The notes: generated from the sequence alone by a model not told the origin. A DNA stretch of 64,000 bases from an uncultured Candidatus Peribacteria bacterium (GCA_964554435.1 CAZKOO010000003.1:5252-69251), one strand, 5' to 3'. Numbered from the stretch's first letter, positions 1-10,030 are shown. A program made the numbers and translations.

Positions 1-1301
1 CGGGGCTTTCGTTCTACGGATCAAAAGACTACCTCGTGAAAGACATGTACATCCATCACTTCGGAGCAGATGGCATCTATATTGGAGGCGGAGGAACTCC
101 TGCAAATTACCCTAGTCCTGAACCCATCAATCCCACAGATCGTCCTGCACGGCTCGCCGACCGATCTGTGCGTGTTCACAATGTACGCATGGCAAACAAC
201 GGAAGACAAGCGATGACCGTTGTACAAGCTCGCGACGTATGGCTCAGTAATAGCCAATTTCTCGACACAGGACGAGTGACAAAATTTGGACAAATAAGTA
301 TGAATTACAGACCTGTTGAGCCCTCTGCAGGCATCGACATCGAGCCCAATTATTTTGATCTTGCGAGAGATAGTACAAACAATCGAGAGACAGGATCGTA
401 CGATGACAAAAAAATTGACGTAGTCACCGGAGATATCCTCATTGAAAATTCAAGGTTTGCAAGAAATGTTGGAGCTCAACTCACTGCGGTGCTCGGTCGT
501 CCCATCAACCCCTACATCAAAGCAGATGGCACCTGTTGTGACAGTGTCTGTAGTGCAAAATGTGCACCTCCATGGAATAGTACAAATAATAGTTTTGGAA
601 TCTGGCCACATCCACGCGTTGAAAATGTGACCATTCGCTTCTCTGATTTTCAGAGTGCAAGCGACTCTTCGCAGTACGTCATTGCTCTTGCTGCTCGCAA
701 TGGAGTTCTTGAACACTCTCTTGTGAATGCAATGGAAACGCCAAATGGAAAAATATATCTCACATTTCATGGCGGCTCGAGTACTGGACCCAATAAAAAT
801 GATGAACTCATCACAACAACCATCCGAAAAAACACCATCTTCTCAAATGACGAAGGAATTCTCTATGCGCACTGGGCAAGACATCCAATTGAAATCTCTC
901 AAAATCTCATTCGTGGAACTGCAACAATGCTCACTCCAGAAATTATTCCGAGTGCAGTAGGTGAGAAAAAGATCCTTCGCAATTTCTGGTCCATTCCTGT
1001 TCCTTCTACAGCGTGGTTCTCACCGCTCTCTGCAATCACTCCTTCCTCTCCAGGAAAAAGCATCATGCGTCTCTTTGCGAACGTCTTTGAAAACAATACC
1101 TATTGCTTAAGTGGCATGAGTGATGAATCTTTTGGATGCACGTCCTATACAGATGCAGATCGAGAGAAAGGATATGGCAATATGGATTTCGCCTCTCCTC
1201 GCCTTTCTCAGAATGAAGAGTACAGAAGTGGATGTCTGCTTCGTCCATTTGCAAACTTCACAAGTTGTACAACTACTCCATACATCTTCAGCTATCCATA
1301 A
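1..1301 (+). CDS. right-handed parallel beta-helix repeat protein (5' end outside window)
   Basis: The ORF track starts at GTG 36, but the frame stays open back to base 3, so the gene probably starts upstream. HHFGADGIYIGGGG, NVRMANNGRQAMTV, IDIEPN and ILIENSRFARNVGAQL read as successive beta-helix coils. Assigned by motif recall only. Confidence 0.6.
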   Translation, partial: GLSFYGSKDYLVKDMYIHHFGADGIYIGGGGTPANYPSPEPINPTDRPARLADRSVRVHNVRMANNGRQAMTVVQARDVWLSNSQFLDTGRVTKFGQISMNYRPVEPSAGIDIEPNYFDLARDSTNNRETGSYDDKKIDVVTGDILIENSRFARNVGAQLTAVLGRPINPYIKADGTCCDSVCSAKCAPPWNSTNNSFGIWPHPRVENVTIRFSDFQSASDSSQYVIALAARNGVLEHSLVNAMETPNGKIYLTFHGGSSTGPNKNDELITTTIRKNTIFSNDEGILYAHWARHPIEISQNLIRGTATMLTPEIIPSAVGEKKILRNFWSIPVPSTAWFSPLSAITPSSPGKSIMRLFANVFENNTYCLSGMSDESFGCTSYTDADREKGYGNMDFASPRLSQNEEYRSGCLLRPFANFTSCTTTPYIFSYP

Positions 1302-1563
1302 AATATAGCTACAATATTATAAATGTACATACATTTGTCGCCTTGATGAGCTTTGTATTCACTGTTCATGTGCGAAGCGTCAAGCGATGTGCATCTGTTT
1401 GAGGAGCGAAGCGACGAGTCTGCACATCGCAGCGGAGCACATGAAATACAGTGATCAAAGCGAATCACGAGCGACGATTTTTTCCTTGTCCCCCGAAGCC
1501 CTGAGCAAAGCGAGGGCGTAGGGGGATTTATCACCTTCTTTTGTAGCGACAAAAGAAAGGAAA
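1302..1563 (+). repeat. structured intergenic repeat element, copy A (MITE-like)
   Basis: Starts with AATATAGCTAC 1 nt after the stop codon. About 200 nt are nearly identical to 18865..19071 in the same orientation. The ends carry inverted TTTGTCGC...GCGACAAA. There is an internal 10-bp stem GCGATGTGCA/TGCACATCGC. Copy A has an extra ~47-nt GC hairpin (TCCCCC..GGGGGA) that copy B lacks. Confidence 0.75.
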
Positions 1564-1689
1564 GACTATGAAGAGAAATCATTATTCACGATCTTTTTCT
1601 GCCAAATGATGATGGTTTGGGTATATGATTAGAATAAAAAAAAGAGGAATGTAGCAAGTCATTTCTTTGTCGCTTCTCTATCATTGATA

Positions 1690-1718
1690 TTGAATGTTGT
1701 GCAAAATATTGATACAAT
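1690..1718 (+). promoter_or_regulatory. sigma70-like promoter (TTGAAT-17-TACAAT)
   Basis: TTGAAT at 1690-1695, a 17-nt spacer, TACAAT at 1713-1718, 43 nt upstream of ATG 1762. The same block is duplicated at 5006..5034. Confidence 0.45.
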
Positions 1719-1761
1719 AAAAAGATTTTTTCTCTGCATATAAATTTACCCTTCTCTCAAC

Positions 1762-4700
1762 ATGCCTCTCATGAATTCCATCCACGCTCACCGAAAGACC
1801 ATCATCGGTGCTTCGCTTGCACTCATTCTTATGGGTGTCTATTTTGCACTCCAGAAACCAGCACAAGCAGTCGTGCCATTTGAGAAGGGGGGCATCCCCA
1901 TCCCTTTCCTGGAGACATCAAAAGATGGGCAATCTGGGTTAAAAGGAGCAGTGACATTCTACGACAAACGCAATAACATCGATGTCTATGAAGTCACATT
2001 CACTGCAGGAGAAACATCGGAAGCCTTGAGTGAGAATCTCATTTACTTAGTGCACATTCCAAATGACAGCGCCATCACAGAAAAGGATTTTGATAGCGTC
2101 ATGCGCCAAACAAACGAAGGAAGAGCAGTGAATTACTATGGATATCAATACACCGATGCGCTTGCAACTGTTGAGCGTCAGAACATCAACAATGCAGATT
2201 TCAAACTTCGTTTCCCAGGACAATTCTTTGCATCCGCAAAGGCACGAGCAGAAGATGCAACGCACGGCAATGGCATTGTCAATTTTGAACGCGATCGTGG
2301 CATTACCTTCCGAAATACAAATGGATCGCTTCCAAAAAGTACACTCCAAAAAAATGCTCTCTATGTTCTGATTAGCAATGAAGCAGGAGCAAATTCAACA
2401 AAGATCTATCCAAAAGGCGCACCAGCACTCTGTGGCGATGGTGTCCGCGAAGGAACAGAAGTCTGTGATGATGGAGATCAGAACAACACAAATGCCTGTA
2501 AGAATGACTGTACAGCAAACACAGGAAATGACCCCGTATGTGGAAACGGTGTAAAAGAGGGCACAGAACAATGTGATGATGGAAACACCAACAACACTGA
2601 CTCCTGTACCAATAGTTGTACAGTCAACACTCCACCACCAGTCTGTGGAAACGGAACACGCGAAGGAACAGAACAATGTGATGATGGAAACACAAACAAC
2701 ACCGATGCGTGTAAGAATGATTGTACCTCAAATACAGGAAATGACCCTGTATGTGGAAATGGTGTAAAAGAGGGTACAGAACAATGTGATGACGGAGACC
2801 AGAATAACAATAACCTCTGTCGTACCGATTGTACTGTTGGTCTTCCTGTACCCTTTACTACAGAGTCAGCCAAAACTACTGTGGTAATTGATCCTGAGAT
2901 CACTACAAATCCCAATACAGAAAACGAAGATATAATATTCACCTCATTGTATTTACCAGAGGAAGGAATCATTCAATTTCCTCAGTCAAATCAAGTAACG
3001 GAAGCAACGAACCGATTCAGCCTAAAGGCAAGAGAAGGCATTTCCCCAAAGGTAACACAACTTCGTTTTAGAGTAACATCCCCTTCTCAGCCAGCGGAAA
3101 ATTTCACACTCTGGAAAGACACAAATAATGATGGAGAAGTTGATCAAAAAATAAATATTGTCCCATTTTTCGACACAACACTCGATAATCCAATTATCAT
3201 AAAAAATTTAAGTTTTCCTTTCTTATCTCACTTACCACTTATTTTCCCTATCAATGATCAAATAACACTCTCCTCGACTCCAGTTATTTTTGAAGTACAT
3301 GTATCTCCTGCTAAAAATACATATACTCAGGAGGCTATGTTTTATTTAGTTAGTCCACTTTTCTTTTCAGGAACCTTTTATCAAGACTCAATAGCGTACC
3401 CTCTGGGTATTGGTCATAGTGTGCTAGCAAAAGAATGTGGAGAAAATGAATGTACAGTAAAAGAAAATATGAGCCACTCCGGAAAATCTATACATTTTGG
3501 AAATGTTGGTATTACTCCTCCTTGGAATACTGATATAAACATCAGGAACTTATCGATATATAAGAATAATGGTCCTGAGAAAGGAGTCATCTTTCCTCAG
3601 CTACCTAAACAACCAATGGAAACATTTACCAGGTTCACTCTTGAAGCAAGAGAGGGCATCTCCCCAACAGTGAAGCAGCTTGAATTTACCAATGGTATTG
3701 GTGATAATACTTATGGTCGTTTACTTCAATACCATTTTGTAGATAAAACGACAATCCCCACCACTCTATTTTCTCAGGGTTCCATCTCTATGGCACACGA
3801 TTACGAGCTCTGGAAAGACACAGATGATGATGGAATTGTTGATCAAAAAATAAACAGTAAACCGATCGGTGAAACAACAAATGTACTTGTTCTTTCAATT
3901 GATGATCAAATCACATTGAGAAAAAGGCCAACTATCTTTGAACTACATGGGCGTCCTCAGGCAAAAGGATTACTACGCATCACACTCAAAGGAGATAGTG
4001 CAATTGATGCATTTAGTATAAAAGCAGAAGGTTGTGGGGAGAATCCATGTACAATCACTGAACCACATTATGGAGGACAACCAATTTTCTTTTTCTCTCC
4101 CGATGGTTCTAAGCCACTCAATCTTCCTCTCTTAATAGAACAAATAGAGAAAACATCCACAGGAACGATAAAAGCAAACGAAAGAACATCTATCTTTGCC
4201 TTCAAGGCAAGATCAAGCCTGTACAATGGCAATAATATTGCCTTGAAGGCACTAAAATTTAAAGTAGTCAGTGGTGTTCCGAGCGATGCGCGCTACGAAT
4301 TGTGGTACGACAATGATCATAATGGAGAAGTAGAAACACAGTCCCCCATTCTTGGAACAATTGACCCTGTATCAAAAATTGTTACCTTTGAAGCAGAAAA
4401 TGGAGTCATTCTAGGATCTTTGATGGATGATCACGTACAACAACTCTACGAAGTTCATGCCATTCACGATCCTGTAGCATCAGCAAACAACACCGAGTTT
4501 AAGATGACCTTTGCAATTACAGATCCTCTCTATATCACTGCCGTAGAAATTTTTAATGACGATCTAGCCAGCGCACAACCAATAAATGGGCTCCGAACGA
4601 ACGGTATCGATTATAAGGGAAGACATAATATTTTTGTCACAGAGAAACAATCCACAACATTTACTCTGAATACCATTACCGACATTAGTCCTCTCTGTGG

Positions 4701-4827
4701 TAATTCCTATAAAGAAGAAGGTGAAGAGTGTGATAATGGAATGCTAAATGGTGTAATTTGTACAGCGCAAGCAGGACAATCGTGTACTTACTGTTCCTCT
4801 ACTTGCACTTCAAAAACAGGACAATAA
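1762..4827 (+). CDS. large secreted/anchored cysteine-rich-repeat surface protein (adhesin-like), paralog 1
   Basis: 1021 aa. Has an N-terminal hydrophobic anchor (IIGASLALILMGVYFAL). Four tandem ~35-aa repeats CG[DN]G..EGTE.CDDG..NN..C..DC match the Myxococcus-type cysteine-rich repeat. Three large modules each carry LW.D.[ND].DG.VD. A fifth Cys-rich repeat sits at the C-terminus. Confidence 0.8.
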   Translation: MPLMNSIHAHRKTIIGASLALILMGVYFALQKPAQAVVPFEKGGIPIPFLETSKDGQSGLKGAVTFYDKRNNIDVYEVTFTAGETSEALSENLIYLVHIPNDSAITEKDFDSVMRQTNEGRAVNYYGYQYTDALATVERQNINNADFKLRFPGQFFASAKARAEDATHGNGIVNFERDRGITFRNTNGSLPKSTLQKNALYVLISNEAGANSTKIYPKGAPALCGDGVREGTEVCDDGDQNNTNACKNDCTANTGNDPVCGNGVKEGTEQCDDGNTNNTDSCTNSCTVNTPPPVCGNGTREGTEQCDDGNTNNTDACKNDCTSNTGNDPVCGNGVKEGTEQCDDGDQNNNNLCRTDCTVGLPVPFTTESAKTTVVIDPEITTNPNTENEDIIFTSLYLPEEGIIQFPQSNQVTEATNRFSLKAREGISPKVTQLRFRVTSPSQPAENFTLWKDTNNDGEVDQKINIVPFFDTTLDNPIIIKNLSFPFLSHLPLIFPINDQITLSSTPVIFEVHVSPAKNTYTQEAMFYLVSPLFFSGTFYQDSIAYPLGIGHSVLAKECGENECTVKENMSHSGKSIHFGNVGITPPWNTDINIRNLSIYKNNGPEKGVIFPQLPKQPMETFTRFTLEAREGISPTVKQLEFTNGIGDNTYGRLLQYHFVDKTTIPTTLFSQGSISMAHDYELWKDTDDDGIVDQKINSKPIGETTNVLVLSIDDQITLRKRPTIFELHGRPQAKGLLRITLKGDSAIDAFSIKAEGCGENPCTITEPHYGGQPIFFFSPDGSKPLNLPLLIEQIEKTSTGTIKANERTSIFAFKARSSLYNGNNIALKALKFKVVSGVPSDARYELWYDNDHNGEVETQSPILGTIDPVSKIVTFEAENGVILGSLMDDHVQQLYEVHAIHDPVASANNTEFKMTFAITDPLYITAVEIFNDDLASAQPINGLRTNGIDYKGRHNIFVTEKQSTTFTLNTITDISPLCGNSYKEEGEECDNGMLNGVICTAQAGQSCTYCSSTCTSKTGQ

Positions 4828-4867
4828 AATAGACGAAGGAGATTTTCCAAAAAAAAACGGATATCTC

Positions 4868-4930
4868 CTTCGTCCATTTGCAAGCTTCACAAGTTGTACA
4901 ACTACTCCATACATCTTCAGCTATCCATAA
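4868..4930 (+). pseudogene. orphan duplicate of the last 20 codons + stop of the beta-helix gene
   Basis: 63 nt equal 1239..1301 with 1 mismatch and read LRPFASFTSCTTTPYIFSYP*. No ORF leads into the fragment. Confidence 0.7.
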
Positions 4931-5005
4931 AAAGAAAAATAATTCATTTCAACAAAAGATACAAGGATTGCAAGTCATTTCTTTGTCGCTTCTCTATCAT
5001 TGATA

Positions 5006-5034
5006 TTGAATGTTGTGCAAAATATTGATACAAT
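5006..5034 (+). promoter_or_regulatory. duplicated sigma70-like promoter (TTGAAT-17-TACAAT)
   Basis: 4970..5043 duplicates 1654..1727 with ~1 mismatch. The -35 is at 5006-5011 and the -10 at 5029-5034, 24 nt upstream of ATG 5059. Confidence 0.45.
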
Positions 5035-5058
5035 AAGAAGATTCTTTTTCTCTTTTCT

Positions 5059-5559
5059 ATGAAGATTTCTTCCATCATTCTAAGCGCCATCCTCCTTGCG
5101 AGTGTGCCTAGTGCTGTTTCTGCCTACCTTTCACCAGAGCAAGTCTTTGGTGGACAAGGAACTGTTGCAACCCCTCCTCCTACCCCACGCGAAGGAGAAG
5201 ATCGTGTCACCACACAGCAAGAAGAGAGTGCAAGACGACGAGAGGAAGAACAGCAAGCTCTTCGTCCAAATTATTTGGAGCCACAAAATACGTATATCCC
5301 AACCACAACATCGAGTGCTTCAAAGAATCCGTTTAGCGATCAGGCACAGTACGAACGACGAATGGAAAAATTGAACGAGAAGAAATCACAACCCACCATC
5401 ATCATTGGAGGAAATGGCTCAGTCACCGATGCGCGTGGGAATGTACTGCATAGTGGCGCCCCTCTTGTCTCTCAAACAGGACCCGAAAGCATGATGGCTC
5501 TCGCTCTTCTTGGTATTGCAGCCCTGAGCACACTTGCTTACGCCTTTGCGAAAAACTAA
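5059..5559 (+). CDS. small secreted Pro/Glu/Gln-rich protein with C-terminal membrane anchor
   Basis: Signal peptide MKISSIILSAILLASVPSAVSA, a low-complexity middle, and a C-terminal GPES + hydrophobic helix + KN tail. Confidence 0.6.
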   Translation: MKISSIILSAILLASVPSAVSAYLSPEQVFGGQGTVATPPPTPREGEDRVTTQQEESARRREEEQQALRPNYLEPQNTYIPTTTSSASKNPFSDQAQYERRMEKLNEKKSQPTIIIGGNGSVTDARGNVLHSGAPLVSQTGPESMMALALLGIAALSTLAYAFAKN

Positions 5560-5638
5560 CAACAAAAACGCGGCTAGAAAAGCCGCTCTTCCATAGCCAA
5601 TAGCCAATTGCCACAAGCTACTAGCCAAATCACACAAA

Positions 5639-5655
5639 CTACCTACTACCAACTA
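5639..5655 (+). repeat. dispersed 17-nt intergenic motif (variant CTACCTACTACCAACTA)
   Basis: One mismatch to CTACCTACTAACAACTA. Sense orientation, 43 nt upstream of ATG 5699, inside a G-poor TAG/TAA-rich spacer. Confidence 0.7.
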
Positions 5656-5698
5656 ATAACTAGCTACTAACCACTCTCTATCCCTTCCCATCCACCCC

Positions 5699-8600
5699 AT
5701 GTCTCTCGTTACTTCCATCCACGCTCACCGAAAGACCATCATCGGTGCTTCGCTTGCACTCATTCTTATGGGTGTCTATTTTGCACTCCAGAAACCAGCA
5801 CAAGCAGTCGTGCCATTTGAGAAGGGGGGCATCCCCATCCCTTTCCTGGAGACATCAAAAGATGGGCAATCTGGGTTAAAAGGAGCAGTGACATTCTACG
5901 ACAAACGCAATAACATCGATGTCTATGAAGTCACATTCACTGCAGGAGAAACATCGGAAGCCTTGAGTGAGAATCTCATTTACTTAGTGCACATTCCAAA
6001 TGACAGCGCCATCACAGAAAAGGATTTTGATAGCGTCATGCGCCAAACAAACGAAGGAAGAGCAGTGAATTACTATGGATATCAATACACCGATGCGCTT
6101 GCAACTGTTGAGCGTCAGAACATCAACAATGCAGATTTCAAACTTCGTTTCCCAGGACAATTCTTTGCATCCGCAAAGGCACGAGCAGAAGATGCAACGC
6201 ACGGCAATGGCATTGTCAATTTTGAACGCGATCGTGGCATTACCTTCCGAAATACAAATGGATCGCTTCCAAAAAGTACACTCCAAAAAAATGCTCTCTA
6301 TGTTCTGATTAGCAATGAAGCAGGAGCAAATTCAACAAAGATCTATCCAAAAGGCGCACCAGCACTCTGTGGCGATGGTGTCCGCGAAGGAACAGAAGTC
6401 TGTGATGATGGAGATCAGAACAACACAAATGCCTGTAAGAATGACTGTACAGCAAACACAGGAAATGACCCCGTATGTGGAAACGGTGTAAAAGAGGGCA
6501 CAGAACAATGTGATGATGGAAACACCAACAACACTGACTCCTGTACCAATAGTTGTACAGTCAACACTCCACCACCAGTCTGTGGAAACGGAACACGCGA
6601 AGGAACAGAACAATGTGATGATGGAAACACAAACAACACCGATGCGTGTAAGAATGATTGTACCTCAAATACAGGAAATGACCCTGTATGTGGAAATGGT
6701 GTAAAAGAGGGTACAGAACAATGTGATGACGGAGACCAGAATAACAATAACCTCTGTCGTACCGATTGTACCAATGGACTTCCAGTGCCATTCACCACAG
6801 AGCCAACCACAACACCTCCAACAACAACTCCACCAACTGTCACACCCCCGACAACAACTCCTCCGACAACTGTTGCGCCTACAACTGTAAATCCGCCAAG
6901 CGAAGATCTTGTCTTTACTGCATTAGAGGTACCAAGTGTAAAAGGAGTAGTATTTCCACAAGTCTCAAATCAACCAATCGAAACTTTTTCTCGATTCTCA
7001 TTACAAGGAAATGGAACTCTAAAAAAACTTGAATTTACAGCAGTGCAAGGATCAATTCCAATGGCATATGACTATCGTCTTTGGAAGGATACAAATGGAG
7101 ATGGAACAGTTGATCAAGAAATGAGTATTCGTGCAGTAAGCGAAGAAAATGCAACGCTCGTCTTTAATCTTACAAATGAAATTATTGCGACCAGCACGCC
7201 AATGATTTTTGAGCTACGAGCATTACCTCAAGCAACTGGATTGCTACAAATATTTATTGGAGGATATCCAAATAGCATCGTAGGAGATACTTGTTCACAT
7301 TCACCATGTACTATTTCTATTGGCAGAGAACATCAGCCAACCGTCTTCGCCTTCTCCGCTCATGGATCTGCACCAAGTCCGTATGCGCTCACTGTTGAAG
7401 GAGTTGATGCTCCAGCAGCAGGAATTCTTAAGGCAAATGAAAAGAAAAGTATTATGGCATTCCGTGTTACTCCTCATATTTATGATGACTCCAGTGCTTT
7501 TGGGCTCACATCTCTCAAGGTAAAAGTAGTAACAGGAGTAGCAAGCAATGCTCAATATGAACTTTGGTCGGATTCAAATGGAGATGGAGTTATTAATGGA
7601 ATTCCACGAGATGAGAGCTATGACAGTGTCTGTCGAAAAGGCGTTGTGAACGCTACAACAAGAGTGGTTACCTTTGAAAACCCCATCGATCCTACTGATC
7701 CTACAGCCACATCTAAAACCATGCTTCCTTGTACTTTCCTTGCCGTTGATGGTCAGTCAAAATACTTTGAAATTCACGCCATTCATGACCCAGTCCCTGC
7801 CACAGAATTCAAGATGACATTTGCTATTGATCAAGCGAACTATATTGAAGCTATTAAAGATGATTTAAATGATGGAACAAAGACAGTAGTCATTACCAAT
7901 ATTCGTACGAACGGTATCTGTAATGGGGAATGTAGTATTGATGTAACTGAAAAACCAACTACTCTCTTCACAGTCGATACTACCAACCCCGTTCCGCTCT
8001 GTGGAAATAAATATAAAGAAGGAAGTGAGCAATGCGATAATGGTGGGGAAGAAGGATGTTACACAAACTGTCAAATTGATGCTGGATATGAATGTACTGG
8101 CACACATCCATCTATTTGTACATTCATTGATCATGCACTCTGTGGCAATGGAAATATTGATTACAACGACGATGAAGAATGTGATGATAAAAATAAAACA
8201 AGTGGTGATGGATGTAGTAGCGCTTGTACTATTGAAGAACACTACAGTTGTGATGGGCAAGAAATTCTCGGCGATCGAAGTTCTTGCTTCCGCTGTGGAG
8301 ATGCACATTTTGAAGAAAGAGTAGAAGATTGTGATGATGGAAATACCGTAGGTGGAGATGGTTGTTCAGCAGATTGTGGTAGCACAGAAGACGGATACAT
8401 CTGTGAAACAGATACAACTGGAAAAAGTATTTGTACAACAGAGAACGGAGGAAATGGTGGCAATACCGCCGCCTGTGGAAACGGTACGAAAGAAGGCTCT
8501 GAAGCGTGTGATGCTGGCGCACAAAATGGCGTTGTTTGTACTGCACAGGCAGGACAAACGTGTACCTACTGTTCCGCTACTTGTACATCAGTCACAGTCC

Positions 8601-8968
8601 AAGGAAGTGGAGGAGGAGCTAGTCTGTGCGGAAATGGAGTCATCAATGCAGGTGAAACGTGTGACCAAGGAGGTGGAAACGTAACGAATGGAGATGGCTG
8701 TAGTGCCACTTGTACCACTGAAGCAAACTTCCGTTGTACAGGAACACCAACTACGTGTATTTCCTATCTCAATTTCGTCAAAAACCTCGCCGATACCAAC
8801 AAAGATGGCACAGTGGATGAAAATGAATCTTTTAGCTTTGTATTAACGATTGGCATCCTCTTCTCACAAGACAATCCAGTCATCGACATCAAGTACGACA
8901 TCAATGGAGATGGTGCTGGCACCATGGCAGACATCTCTCTCATTGCCCCTCTTATGAATTCCCTCTAA
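5699..8968 (+). CDS. large cysteine-rich-repeat surface protein with C-terminal dockerin-like module, paralog 2
   Basis: 1089 aa. Residues ~6-357 are identical to paralog 1. Then a Pro/Thr linker (TTPPTTTPPTVTPPTTTPP), two LW.D.NGDG modules and many further CGNG..E.CD.G repeats. The C-terminus carries DTNKDGTVDENE and DINGDGAGTMADISLI, a dockerin/EF-hand-like pair. Confidence 0.8.
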   Translation: MSLVTSIHAHRKTIIGASLALILMGVYFALQKPAQAVVPFEKGGIPIPFLETSKDGQSGLKGAVTFYDKRNNIDVYEVTFTAGETSEALSENLIYLVHIPNDSAITEKDFDSVMRQTNEGRAVNYYGYQYTDALATVERQNINNADFKLRFPGQFFASAKARAEDATHGNGIVNFERDRGITFRNTNGSLPKSTLQKNALYVLISNEAGANSTKIYPKGAPALCGDGVREGTEVCDDGDQNNTNACKNDCTANTGNDPVCGNGVKEGTEQCDDGNTNNTDSCTNSCTVNTPPPVCGNGTREGTEQCDDGNTNNTDACKNDCTSNTGNDPVCGNGVKEGTEQCDDGDQNNNNLCRTDCTNGLPVPFTTEPTTTPPTTTPPTVTPPTTTPPTTVAPTTVNPPSEDLVFTALEVPSVKGVVFPQVSNQPIETFSRFSLQGNGTLKKLEFTAVQGSIPMAYDYRLWKDTNGDGTVDQEMSIRAVSEENATLVFNLTNEIIATSTPMIFELRALPQATGLLQIFIGGYPNSIVGDTCSHSPCTISIGREHQPTVFAFSAHGSAPSPYALTVEGVDAPAAGILKANEKKSIMAFRVTPHIYDDSSAFGLTSLKVKVVTGVASNAQYELWSDSNGDGVINGIPRDESYDSVCRKGVVNATTRVVTFENPIDPTDPTATSKTMLPCTFLAVDGQSKYFEIHAIHDPVPATEFKMTFAIDQANYIEAIKDDLNDGTKTVVITNIRTNGICNGECSIDVTEKPTTLFTVDTTNPVPLCGNKYKEGSEQCDNGGEEGCYTNCQIDAGYECTGTHPSICTFIDHALCGNGNIDYNDDEECDDKNKTSGDGCSSACTIEEHYSCDGQEILGDRSSCFRCGDAHFEERVEDCDDGNTVGGDGCSADCGSTEDGYICETDTTGKSICTTENGGNGGNTAACGNGTKEGSEACDAGAQNGVVCTAQAGQTCTYCSATCTSVTVQGSGGGASLCGNGVINAGETCDQGGGNVTNGDGCSATCTTEANFRCTGTPTTCISYLNFVKNLADTNKDGTVDENESFSFVLTIGILFSQDNPVIDIKYDINGDGAGTMADISLIAPLMNSL

Positions 8969-8974
8969 TTCTTC

Positions 8975-10015
8975 ATGCAAAAAAAGGTACTTCTCTCTAT
9001 CGGCGGACTCGTCGTTGCACTCGGCATGATTGCAATGCAAAAAGGATATGTAGGCACACTAAAAGGCGCTGTCACGAGCACAGGACCGCTCTCGCACAGC
9101 GAAGTGCGATCCATCATTGATACAGACTCTTCATCGGTTGGAACAATCACTATTACAGAAATGCGTAGTGCGCTCGTCAAGACTATTAAAACAGCCATTC
9201 TACAGTCTGCAAATGCGCCAATTGATGCGCCAATTGATGCGCCAACCATCCTTCTCTACGACCTTGATCGAAATGGAAGAGTCGAAAAAAATGATATTGG
9301 ACTCATGATTGGACACATTCTGCAAATTCGTCAGTGTGGCAATGGTCAAGTGTCAGGAAATGAACAATGTGATGATCGTAATACCTTCAATGGAGATGGA
9401 TGCTCCAATCAATGCACAACAGAAGCAGGATACAGCTGTGATATATTGAATGGAATGAGCGTCTGTCGTTCGTGTGGAAATGGACGCATCGAAGGCCCAG
9501 AGCAATGTGATGACGGCACAAATAATGCACTAACGTGTGTCGTTCCTGCAGGGCAAGCGTCCTGCTCGTTCTGTTCTAGTGCCACATGCACCCTTGCAAC
9601 ACAACAAAACCCATGTGGAAACGGCTCTCTCGACGCAGGAGAACAATGTGACCAGGGAAATGGTAACCGCACCAATGGAGATGGATGTTCAGCGACCTGT
9701 CAGCAAGAGCAAGGGTACCGTTGTGGAAACGCTGTGCCAAGTGTTTGTACAAGCTATACAGACATTATAAAGAAGCTTATTGGTATTGAAGACAATATGG
9801 CAGAGGAACAAAAAAATAGTATTGCCATCGATTTCGAACTTAATTTCTATTACGCAGTGTTCAGCAATGAAAATTATCCAACTCCACTCTTCGATACCAA
9901 TGAAGATGGAATCAAAAACCAATCCGATTTCGACATCAATAATGATGGTATTGTCAATGAGAGTGATGTCACCACCATGCTCGATCTCCTCTCAACCGTT
10001 GTGCCACTACCCTAA
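8975..10015 (+). CDS. cysteine-rich-repeat protein with N- and C-terminal dockerin-like modules
   Basis: Signal anchor LLSIGGLVVALGMIAM. Dockerin-like segment YDLDRNGRVEKNDIGLMIGHIL. Four repeats of the CGNG..E.CDD..NGDGCS type. C-terminal DTNEDGIKNQSDFDINNDGIVNESDVTTMLDLL. Confidence 0.75.
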   Translation: MQKKVLLSIGGLVVALGMIAMQKGYVGTLKGAVTSTGPLSHSEVRSIIDTDSSSVGTITITEMRSALVKTIKTAILQSANAPIDAPIDAPTILLYDLDRNGRVEKNDIGLMIGHILQIRQCGNGQVSGNEQCDDRNTFNGDGCSNQCTTEAGYSCDILNGMSVCRSCGNGRIEGPEQCDDGTNNALTCVVPAGQASCSFCSSATCTLATQQNPCGNGSLDAGEQCDQGNGNRTNGDGCSATCQQEQGYRCGNAVPSVCTSYTDIIKKLIGIEDNMAEEQKNSIAIDFELNFYYAVFSNENYPTPLFDTNEDGIKNQSDFDINNDGIVNESDVTTMLDLLSTVVPLP

Positions 10016-10030
10016 GTCCATTCTTTGTCC

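Noticed and set aside
2478-2972. 164-aa minus-strand ORF (and its twin at 6415..6843, plus 2395..2676 and 6332..6613) inside the Cys-rich-repeat region
   Set aside because: These are antisense shadows of the repetitive, stop-poor coding sequence of the adhesin-like genes. The plus-strand frame has clear domain structure and they duplicate only because the DNA is duplicated.
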